The notes beneath the pieces were generated by a model. It saw only the letters and a list, made by a program, of their open reading frames with translations, was not told the DNA's origin and made no database searches. A program made the position numbers and the translations under genes. From a virus: DNA of 64,000 bases. The stretch lies in IMG/VR virus record IMGVR_UViG_3300045988_172855, one strand, 5' to 3'. Positions within the stretch are counted from its first letter, which is position 1. Every line of letters starts with the position of its first letter. Below are positions 56,213-64,000 of this stretch, one piece after another.

Positions 56213-56986
56213 TCACAATAATCCTGCAATTGTTGCGGCAAGATCATTTACTCCCTTTTGGATTGCACCTGCTGCAAGTATTTTTGTCAACGAAGTTTTT
56301 GTTTTACCTGATTTAACAGACTCTAATGGAGCAATTGCCGTCATACTCAAATTATACTCCCATATCATATTTCTCTGTAAATTTTGACTTAAATTTAAGC
56401 CCGCTGGAGGAACTACAACTAAATAACTCTCTCCTAATGCCATGTTGTAAAAAAATAATTTAAACGGCAATCCTGATTTATCAACTCCATTGCTTTTAGA
56501 AATAATTGCCTGCATCATCTTAACGCAACCAAAACCTGTTTTTATTCCAGGATCAAATTCCGGAGCCTTTAATCCACTTGTACCTTTGCCCGTAATATCT
56601 GTTAAAGAGTATTTTCCTGCAGCTAAACTAAATGCAGAACCCAATAAACTACTTGAACCACCTGACACAGAAAGCAATATCTTAAAAGTTCGTCCAAAAT
56701 CACCTCGTATATTAATTTCTTGAGGAACAAATGTAGGAGAACTCAATACTGTAATACCTCCTGCAGTATTTCTAACAGTCTCTCTCTTAGCATCTGTTTT
56801 AGATATACTATTTGGATTGATAGGAAATGTGAAAAAATCTATCGTATTGTTCTCTGAATCAGCAAGTTCGAGTGCACATAGATAAACTTCAAAATCATTG
56901 GGAAATGCGGCAGCAAGGCCCGCTTTTCCAATCGTTCCTATCATTTCAGTTGCCTTACTAATTACTGCACTTGATGTTTGTCCCAT
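56213..56986 (-). CDS. putative baseplate/tail structural protein (by position)
   Basis: ORF with an ATG start, Gly/Ala/Ser-rich. A TATCTTTA box lies 22 nt upstream (57009-57016). Confidence 0.45.
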   Translation of the reverse strand: MGQTSSAVISKATEMIGTIGKAGLAAAFPNDFEVYLCALELADSENNTIDFFTFPINPNSISKTDAKRETVRNTAGGITVLSSPTFVPQEINIRGDFGRTFKILLSVSGGSSSLLGSAFSLAAGKYSLTDITGKGTSGLKAPEFDPGIKTGFGCVKMMQAIISKSNGVDKSGLPFKLFFYNMALGESYLVVVPPAGLNLSQNLQRNMIWEYNLSMTAIAPLESVKSGKTKTSLTKILAAGAIQKGVNDLAATIAGLL

Positions 56987-57028
56987 AATTTAATTCTTCT
57001 TAATTGCGTAAAGATACAAATTTATTTC

Positions 57029-58084
57029 TTAATCAGAAAAAACTACCTTGCTTTTTATCTGATCAAAATTCAATGGAGATATCCCTGTAACAGAACTCAT
57101 TCCTGCTGATAAACCAGCTTTACCACCATCTGTACCTGGAACTGCTGCGGCTGCTGCAGTCGACCAAGCGTTTTTTAAAGTTGTTATTTGATTTTCAACA
57201 TTATTCAGTAAACTTATTAATGTATTCGCCAAAGTAAGTGGTTCAGATGCATTATTAATGTTCACCTTACTTCCTGTTAATATTTTTATCAAATTTTGCG
57301 CCAATTGAATTTGCTCTTTACCTTCATCAAAACTAATTGTAACATTTTGATCCGACATCTGTAAAGATTCTCGATTATCGTGAAATCCAAATGCAATTTT
57401 TTCATCGTCTATAACAACCAACGTTTCTTTCTCATTAGATTCTTTCGTTTTTCGTCTATACTCAAGTTTATCTAAATCAAGCGTAATTTTACGAGATTCT
57501 TTATTAGGTTCTTTGGCTTCGACTTCTGTATTAATGATTTCAGCTTCAATCTTCTTATATCCTGTTACCTTTACTTTTTCATCTGCAACAACATTAATCT
57601 CACCTGAAGTTTGCACATTAATCTTATTCTCAGTGTTCCCAACCATTCGAATGTTTAAATCTGCTTTCTCTTCTGAGAAAACATTGACGTTCATTTGCTT
57701 ATTTTTAGGATCCATACAAATCATCATTGTGGTTCCCTTGACAGTTCGTCTAAAACGAATAATGTCTTCTGACCAAGCCTGAGTTTCATCGTTTCCCTGT
57801 ATCGTTCCGATAATAACAGGTTGATTTCTAAATACTCCTGAAGCAATGATTACTTGTGTACCTTTCTTTCCTGCCTCTTTAGGAAATGAAATATTTTGAA
57901 TAGCTTCATTCGTAATATAAACATCTGTCTTAAACAATCCACCCTCAATAAGTACACATACACGATTCATTCGAAAACAATTCTGAATATAAGATTCTCT
58001 ATCTACATTTCTAGGGATCATTATATATCCATTTGTTATTGGTGGTAATTCATTTTTCTGAATTCTAGGTGAACCTCCTGCCAT
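57029..58084 (-). CDS. putative baseplate hub/spike protein (by position and beta-rich repeats)
   Basis: The N-terminal domain is followed by short repetitive beta-strand segments (NVNVFSEEKADLNIRMVGNTENKINVQTSGEINVVADEKVKVTG), as seen in spike/needle proteins. Confidence 0.35.
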   Translation of the reverse strand: MAGGSPRIQKNELPPITNGYIMIPRNVDRESYIQNCFRMNRVCVLIEGGLFKTDVYITNEAIQNISFPKEAGKKGTQVIIASGVFRNQPVIIGTIQGNDETQAWSEDIIRFRRTVKGTTMMICMDPKNKQMNVNVFSEEKADLNIRMVGNTENKINVQTSGEINVVADEKVKVTGYKKIEAEIINTEVEAKEPNKESRKITLDLDKLEYRRKTKESNEKETLVVIDDEKIAFGFHDNRESLQMSDQNVTISFDEGKEQIQLAQNLIKILTGSKVNINNASEPLTLANTLISLLNNVENQITTLKNAWSTAAAAAVPGTDGGKAGLSAGMSSVTGISPLNFDQIKSKVVFSD

Positions 58085-58086
58085 AA

Positions 58087-60243
58087 TTATAATCCTCCAA
58101 ACATTTTACGATTTAAAAAATATTCAAATTGACTTTTATCTACTACAGGACTAGATGCTGTAGTTAATTTACCTTGTTGCGCTTCTTCTGCGGCTTTTCT
58201 TAGTGCATCTAAATTCACGATTTTAAAATAAGATGGTTTCCCTTGAACTGTCGGAAATGTATTATCTAAACGTTTAATGCTATTAGTTGCAGTGCCTTCA
58301 AGGATTGGTACGTACATACCTCTTTCGACTTGTAAAATTGTTCTTCTGTCAATACCTCCTTCCATAAACATTAAAGAATTAGAAACACTTGTTACGTAGA
58401 AGAATTCATCTGTCGCTTGATTTAGTATAAATGTACCTGCTTTAATCCTGCGATCTCCATTCAATTCGATTGTTCCAGTTCTTGTAAACGGTATATATGC
58501 ATTACTTTCTACGACATAAATCAGATCGTTTAATAAAGCAGCCTGCATTGTACTGAAATCTTCTTCCTTCTGAGCTCCTTTGATCGTTCTTAATGTAGCA
58601 TAAATATCATTGACTTCCAATTTTCTATTCCCCCACAATTCAACGTATTCACTTAAATAAACAATAGGAACAAATGCTAATCCTGTTTGTTCTTTATCTC
58701 CTAATAAGGCATTGTTTTGAATATGAATCTGAAACCAAGTGTAAATTCTCGAATCATAACTCAAATTGTAAGAAAGTACGTTATCCGGCGTTATTGTTAC
58801 ATACTCTTTATTCGAAAAAGCTGATGTTATTGCTTTTTCGGTAAAAGGAGGTTGTCGAACTACAATATCTATTGTATTGACATAAGTATCCATTAAAAAC
58901 TCAACAAACGGATATTGACAAACTCGATTCATATATTCCATCAGCGTTCCATTAGGATTACCAATGGAAGAGTCTACTAAAACTCTTGTCTGAATTTCAG
59001 AGTCAACGAAACATTTGACTATTTGCCAAATACCGTTTACTGACATAGAATTTTGTCCTTCAACCGAATAACCTGTCGTTCGTTTATCACCCCAAGATGT
59101 AAAAAGACTATTCTTACAAACACCAATGTTCGACATTATATTTATAATAAACCAAACAACTTCATTTATTCTCTTATATTTATAACTCCATAAATAATCA
59201 TAACTACCCGTTATAACGTTTCGTTGATACCACGAATCTTGCGGACGTCCAAGATAAACCCAATGTTCATCACCCTCATCATTCTCTACATCTAACAATG
59301 GAATAAAATAGCTACCATCTTCTTCAAATAATTTTGAAATATCTCGACCGTAAATTGTTGTTGCTCTCGAATTGTCTTCTGCAGAATAAGATTCGTTACA
59401 ACCATCAACAAATCCAATCATATCCCAAACATTATATTCAGTTCCTGTATTAGCTAGTTTATTAGAATCTACTTTAATATTTTCTACATCAATAGAATCT
59501 CTTTCTTTTTCTAACTTTAATCGTTCATAACGAATAAAAACGATATCATTCACGGTCACTACTTTTTCTAGAAAGGATCTGACTGAATAACCTTCTGAAG
59601 TTACATTATTGAAAATATCCCAATAACTACTTCCAAAAGAATTTTTATTTTCATCGCTTCTAAACGGAGCTAATGTTATAGAAAAATTCCCTCTCTGTAA
59701 AGTCTTGTCGGTTGTACAATTCATTACATATTGACTAATATCGTATATAGTATCAGTTGATTTACAATAAATCCATATACGAACATTCATCGGCTGCATT
59801 AATGTACTCAATCCTACGGATTCGTCTAATCCTACAACATTATCAGGAACATAATCAGGATCAAGAATTAATTTTCTAAGATTTTCACTCCAATAAGACA
59901 AAAAATCTCCTTGAATTAAAAAAGACTTACTATTAGAAACATCTTCGATCTGTAACGGAGATTTTGGAATAGGAAACTCTACTTGTGTACCTGCCTTAAT
60001 ATAAGGTAAATTTTTGGCATTATATTCGTCTTCATACTTCTTCTTTTCCAAATCGTCATATTGAGCCCATATTGCATCTAAATTCGAAACACCACTTTCG
60101 TCAGAAGCAACATCCATAAACTCAGCAATAGACATTTTCTCCATATCTTTAGGCAACTTCTGCTGCCACAGACCAATTGCACCTTCAGGAGATATCTCTT
60201 CGTAAATAGTTAATACGTAATTTTTTATTTTTTGTTCTATCAT
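58087..60243 (-). CDS. putative tail tip/baseplate hub protein (by position after the tape measure)
   Basis: Large ORF directly downstream of the tape measure gene. ATG at 60241-60243 follows the TMP stop by 1 nt (the track start 60279 is TTG). Confidence 0.45.
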   Translation of the reverse strand: MIEQKIKNYVLTIYEEISPEGAIGLWQQKLPKDMEKMSIAEFMDVASDESGVSNLDAIWAQYDDLEKKKYEDEYNAKNLPYIKAGTQVEFPIPKSPLQIEDVSNSKSFLIQGDFLSYWSENLRKLILDPDYVPDNVVGLDESVGLSTLMQPMNVRIWIYCKSTDTIYDISQYVMNCTTDKTLQRGNFSITLAPFRSDENKNSFGSSYWDIFNNVTSEGYSVRSFLEKVVTVNDIVFIRYERLKLEKERDSIDVENIKVDSNKLANTGTEYNVWDMIGFVDGCNESYSAEDNSRATTIYGRDISKLFEEDGSYFIPLLDVENDEGDEHWVYLGRPQDSWYQRNVITGSYDYLWSYKYKRINEVVWFIINIMSNIGVCKNSLFTSWGDKRTTGYSVEGQNSMSVNGIWQIVKCFVDSEIQTRVLVDSSIGNPNGTLMEYMNRVCQYPFVEFLMDTYVNTIDIVVRQPPFTEKAITSAFSNKEYVTITPDNVLSYNLSYDSRIYTWFQIHIQNNALLGDKEQTGLAFVPIVYLSEYVELWGNRKLEVNDIYATLRTIKGAQKEEDFSTMQAALLNDLIYVVESNAYIPFTRTGTIELNGDRRIKAGTFILNQATDEFFYVTSVSNSLMFMEGGIDRRTILQVERGMYVPILEGTATNSIKRLDNTFPTVQGKPSYFKIVNLDALRKAAEEAQQGKLTTASSPVVDKSQFEYFLNRKMFGGL

Positions 60244-60244
60244 A

Positions 60245-62935
60245 TTATCTATCGTCAGGTTTAACTGTTTTTGTACCAATTAAAGCTCTTATTATCGCCG
60301 TCGATAATTTTTGAGCAAGTTGAGTTGTTATTAAAGTCGGAGAACCTATTATAGGAGTTCCTTGATCAATAACTTCTTTAGATTCTTTTACAAAATCTTG
60401 AAAAACTGTTTTAGGATCTTCAGGAATTCTACTTACATAATCACGAATCTCTTTTAAGACTTCTGACATACTTTCTGCACCTTGACCTATCTGTCTATTA
60501 GTATCAGATGCAGTCATTCTCGCACCGGCACCGACAGTTCTCGCAGCTTCTTCAGGTTCATAACCTTCTCTAGGTTGCTCTCGAATTCTTTTGAATGATT
60601 CGTCTACCTTATCATAAATTCGATTTATAATAGCGGTAGGATCACCTTCAGCAAATTGAGATCGAATGTCGTTCCAACTTAAATTAGGAAATACACCCTT
60701 TAAAATATTTATAAATTGTTCGTTATTTTGAGATAATCCTTGTAATTGTAAGAGAAAATCTCTCATAAATTCAGGATCAGCGTTACCACTACGTACAGCT
60801 TCAAGTCTTTCCATTGCTTCTGAATACGTACGTACATTAGGATCTGTGCTCGTTAATGTTCTAAGTAATAACGCTTGTGTTATTTCATCTTGAGAGATTC
60901 CTCCTCCTGAAAATGCTGTTTGAACTCTTTCTAATTGTCTTCCCTGTAATCCAGTTGCAGTTCTAATGCCATTCATTACAGCGAGAATTCTACCAGCATC
61001 AAATTCACCGGCTTTCGATAGGATTTCATCTGCTCTTTTATTGAATGTTTCGAGAGACTCTTCCATTGTAGATGCTATTTCACTAAATGGAAGACTTAAT
61101 TCTTTCATTCCTCTCTCAAATTCCCTTATAATTGCAGAGCCTCCATAAGAAGTATTTTCGTCACCAAATCTTAATGAACCTTGTAATCTGTTAATTGCAC
61201 TAGGACTGATCCCGTATAATCGTTCTGCAGCCATTAAAGATTGAGCTTCTCGTCTCGCTGTAGGATCTTCTTCTGTCGCTCCAGGAACACGACCTCCTGC
61301 AGCTCTTGTTAATTCAGTTCTACGTTGAATGTAAGTTCCTATATCAATTCCCAAAGCATTTGCTGCGTAAGAACCTTCTTTCGAAGCTATTCCTAAAACA
61401 TCACTTGTTCTGCCTCCAAAAGTTTGAGCATAAGGAGCAAATTTAGTTTCTGCTTCCATATACTTTTGAACGGTCGCAATCATTCTATCTGCAGCAATAT
61501 TAGCAGGCATCTCAATACCTCGTGCAATTATATCGCCAATAATAGGAATCCAACGGTACATATCTGCTTCATTTGCCGCTTGTACTCGTCTATAACTTGC
61601 GCCAGTTTCAACTGTACCCTGATATTCAGCTCTTAAAGCTGCTTCTTGATTTCTAAAATATCTATCTGTTACAGTATTCTTAATACTATTTAAAATAGCG
61701 GCTCCCCCTAAAAATTTCAAAAAAGATCCCATACCGCTACCCATCATAGCCATAATACCTGCGTCACTACCTGAACTTGACGTTGGTTGTGTAGGAGGAA
61801 TGATAGTTGGTCCTCCGCCTTGATTTCCTCCACCACCTCTTCTTACTTCAACTACCGCTGTTTCAATCTGATCTACATTATCTTCGATCAAAGAAATTGA
61901 ATTAGTTAGAGCTTCAAGATAACGTGTTATAGCTGATTGAGATGCATTTGGAGCTGAATTTTCTTTCTCAATCGATTTTAAAAGTTCTCCAATATTTTGA
62001 ATACCCTTTTCGAATGCCGACTCTAATGAACTAATAGCCTTTAATATATTTTCATCAGAAAAGACTTCTTGTTTTTGTTGCTCTACAACCCTTTCTTCTC
62101 TAACTTCACGTCTTTGCGGTTGTTGAATATCCTCTTGACGTATTTCTCGTCTTTCACTTATAAAATCAGGCTTCGCTTCAACTGGATCTTTTTCTTTTAA
62201 AGGAGCTGTATTTTCGTTGATATTAATTACATTGCGTTCAATGTTCTTAACGTTTTCTGTAATATCTTCTCTATTGTTTTCGTATCTTCTAGAGTTATCA
62301 ACAGTTTCTTCGCGATTATCTTCAATCGTTTTTGTATTATCTACTTTCGTTACAGAATTATCGATATTCTCAACATGACGATTGATTTCACGAAGCGTTT
62401 CATTTGTTGTTTCGCGAACAGTTTCTTTTTTTGGTTTAGCTCTCCATTCTAAAGCATTTGTTTCTTCATCATATTCAGGAGTAACACCTTCAAATAAATC
62501 TTCTTGAATTTTCTTTTTCTTAGGCTTTTTCTTCTTTTTAGGTCTTGGTTCTTCTACTTCTTCAGAAGGAAGTTGTTCAATCTCTTTTGTATCTTCCGGT
62601 TCTGTAGGTTGTTTTGTCAAATCCCATGTAATAGAATTTGTTTCCTGATCATAAACAAAATTTTGTTGCGTTTCACGAATCTGTCTAGTAGGAGTCGGAG
62701 TAGGTGTTGCAATTGCTGCAGCCTGTCTCTTTAGATCAATCAACAATCTCTCAAGTTCGTTCCGATCTTCCATCAACGACAATTGTTCACGAAGTTGTTG
62801 TATATTACGTTCAGTCATCTGTTGATTAGATGAACTTACTTGATCTATATCTCTATATAAAGAAACTGCCTCTTCTCTTAATTGTCTAAGAGGAGTTAAA
62901 TCAGCACTTATCCTAACTCTTTTATCCTCAGCCAT
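60245..62935 (-). CDS. tail tape measure protein
   Basis: 896 aa. Coiled-coil/charged N-terminal half, a Gly-rich hydrophobic segment (GGGGNQGGGPT...MMGSGMGSFLKFLGGAAIL) and a helical C-terminal half. Sits between the chaperone-position genes and the baseplate genes. Confidence 0.7.
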   Translation of the reverse strand: MAEDKRVRISADLTPLRQLREEAVSLYRDIDQVSSSNQQMTERNIQQLREQLSLMEDRNELERLLIDLKRQAAAIATPTPTPTRQIRETQQNFVYDQETNSITWDLTKQPTEPEDTKEIEQLPSEEVEEPRPKKKKKPKKKKIQEDLFEGVTPEYDEETNALEWRAKPKKETVRETTNETLREINRHVENIDNSVTKVDNTKTIEDNREETVDNSRRYENNREDITENVKNIERNVININENTAPLKEKDPVEAKPDFISERREIRQEDIQQPQRREVREERVVEQQKQEVFSDENILKAISSLESAFEKGIQNIGELLKSIEKENSAPNASQSAITRYLEALTNSISLIEDNVDQIETAVVEVRRGGGGNQGGGPTIIPPTQPTSSSGSDAGIMAMMGSGMGSFLKFLGGAAILNSIKNTVTDRYFRNQEAALRAEYQGTVETGASYRRVQAANEADMYRWIPIIGDIIARGIEMPANIAADRMIATVQKYMEAETKFAPYAQTFGGRTSDVLGIASKEGSYAANALGIDIGTYIQRRTELTRAAGGRVPGATEEDPTARREAQSLMAAERLYGISPSAINRLQGSLRFGDENTSYGGSAIIREFERGMKELSLPFSEIASTMEESLETFNKRADEILSKAGEFDAGRILAVMNGIRTATGLQGRQLERVQTAFSGGGISQDEITQALLLRTLTSTDPNVRTYSEAMERLEAVRSGNADPEFMRDFLLQLQGLSQNNEQFINILKGVFPNLSWNDIRSQFAEGDPTAIINRIYDKVDESFKRIREQPREGYEPEEAARTVGAGARMTASDTNRQIGQGAESMSEVLKEIRDYVSRIPEDPKTVFQDFVKESKEVIDQGTPIIGSPTLITTQLAQKLSTAIIRALIGTKTVKPDDR

Positions 62936-63269
62936 GATTCTTTTCTTTTTCTATTTCTTCTAATTTAGCCATCATCTCTGCTTCTGCTCGGAATGAAGCT
63001 ATGTCGTATTCTTCAATTTCAATGGAATTACTTCGTTTTATCCATTCTCCAATATTAGGAATATAAGGATCATTTTCTTTTTCTGTTTTTTCAGTTAAAA
63101 CTTGATTAAACATCATATCCTCTTCAAATTCCATCATCTGATGAATAAAAGAACATCCCCTATGCTCAGGTGACAAAAAAGCTACTCCATGTTTCTTTCT
63201 CCACCAACGATCATAGGGGAATTTATTATTCCATTGAATCATAAAAGTACGTAAATCATCAATGGTCAT
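62928..63269 (-). CDS. hypothetical protein (tail assembly chaperone position)
   Basis: 113-aa ORF overlapping the TMP start by 8 nt. Confidence 0.4.
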   Translation of the reverse strand: MTIDDLRTFMIQWNNKFPYDRWWRKKHGVAFLSPEHRGCSFIHQMMEFEEDMMFNQVLTEKTEKENDPYIPNIGEWIKRSNSIEIEEYDIASFRAEAEMMAKLEEIEKEKNHG

Positions 63270-63290
63270 ATCAGCCTTATTTATTTCGTT

Positions 63291-63632
63291 CTATTCAATC
63301 GGTCGACTAAGTATACGTTTAGTCTCCAAAAGAAACGGAATGATTTCTTTGTCGTAAATTTCGCGAATTTCAGTGTAATCAGCAAGACCTAAGTCTCTAA
63401 AACTTTTTACTTTCATATCCTTCACTAAATCCGGCATCATAACTGTTATTGTTGCTTCGATATCAATCATATCAAGTGCATTCTGAGCTGCAACAGAACG
63501 ATTGCCAAGCATCATGTTATAAAAACCTTTTCCTAAACTTTGTTTTAAGGCCTCAATATCATAATATTGACCTACATTAGGGAAGGAAATTCTGTATTCT
63601 CTCCCTTTTACTACTACGATTTTATCTTCCAT
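63291..63632 (-). CDS. hypothetical protein (tail assembly chaperone position)
   Basis: 113-aa ORF upstream of TMP. Confidence 0.4.
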   Translation of the reverse strand: MEDKIVVVKGREYRISFPNVGQYYDIEALKQSLGKGFYNMMLGNRSVAAQNALDMIDIEATITVMMPDLVKDMKVKSFRDLGLADYTEIREIYDKEIIPFLLETKRILSRPIE

Positions 63633-63664
63633 TTATTTCAGAAATCAATTGTTTGTGTAAATAT

Positions 63665-64000
63665 CTAACTTTCTTTTAGATTAACAACCATATCAATACT
63701 TAAATCTTCTTTGATAACTTTTAACAATTCTTCCCATCCGTCAGGTAGAGAATCTCTTTTTGCATTATTTTCCTTTGCCCACATAGGCTGAAGATTTCGA
63801 TAATTGAAGCAGATACGTTGGTTCTCAGGAATAGATAGATCGAATTTTGCACACGGTATAATATGATCGATATGCCATCTACCACAATTATCCCACGTCA
63901 TTCCAGGTTCAAATTGCATCTCGAGATGAGCTTTCAGCTCATCGATCGAGCAACCGAGAAGATTGAGAGTGTGATCTGATTTCTGATTGTTTTTAAGTGC
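63665..64000 (-). CDS. free-standing HNH homing endonuclease (C-terminal part; the N-terminus lies beyond the window end)
   Basis: HIDHIIPC...NYRNLQPMWAKENN HNH motif. The frame stays open to nt 64000, and the last 115 nt are identical to 31641-31755, so the true start is off-window rather than the track Met at 63919. Confidence 0.7.
   Translation of the reverse strand, partial: ALKNNQKSDHTLNLLGCSIDELKAHLEMQFEPGMTWDNCGRWHIDHIIPCAKFDLSIPENQRICFNYRNLQPMWAKENNAKRDSLPDGWEELLKVIKEDLSIDMVVNLKES

Noticed and set aside
62928-63632. Programmed -1 frameshift (G/GT-type) between the two chaperone-position ORFs upstream of the tape measure gene.
   Set aside because: The ORFs do not overlap: a TAG at 63291-63293 is followed by a 21-nt gap before ATG 63269. 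I saw no slippery heptamer near the end of the first ORF.

Overview
The window is a contiguous piece of an AT-rich tailed dsDNA phage genome. By inference the host is in Bacteroidota: most genes lack Shine-Dalgarno sequences, and (G)TTG-N19/20-TAnnTTTA promoter-like boxes recur. Every convincing gene is on the minus strand. From high to low coordinates the order is as follows. First comes a tail module: an HNH endonuclease, two small chaperone-position genes, the tape measure, four baseplate-position genes, a 3196-aa baseplate-J/fibre fusion, and an 1809-aa fibre with a BspA-type LRR tip. Next is a ~3.4 kb higher-GC accessory island of small genes that do carry strong Shine-Dalgarno sites. Then come an HNH, a DnaQ-like exonuclease, TerL, a DnaB-like helicase and a primase, followed by folE-queE-queD with MazG and a P-loop kinase. 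Last is a two-piece DnaE (C-terminal piece with a LAGLIDADG intein), an SSB candidate, SbcCD, RecA, RuvC-like, LigA, SNF2, RNase H, a UvrD-like helicase, a QueD-like/kinase fusion and a truncated TGT/DpdA-like gene. The most striking observation concerns the only long plus-strand ORF (44221-45696). It has no ATG start and is a diverged paralogue of the C-terminus of the giant fibre gene. The two copies are bracketed by perfect, in-frame 66-bp inverted repeats (44236-44301 and 47032-47097), with a bidirectional terminator between them. This is the architecture of an invertible receptor-binding cassette (Mu G-segment-like), yet no invertase is recognisable in the window. No rRNA, tRNA, CRISPR array, integrase or lysis gene could be supported. 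All calls rest on motif recognition by eye; no database search was run.
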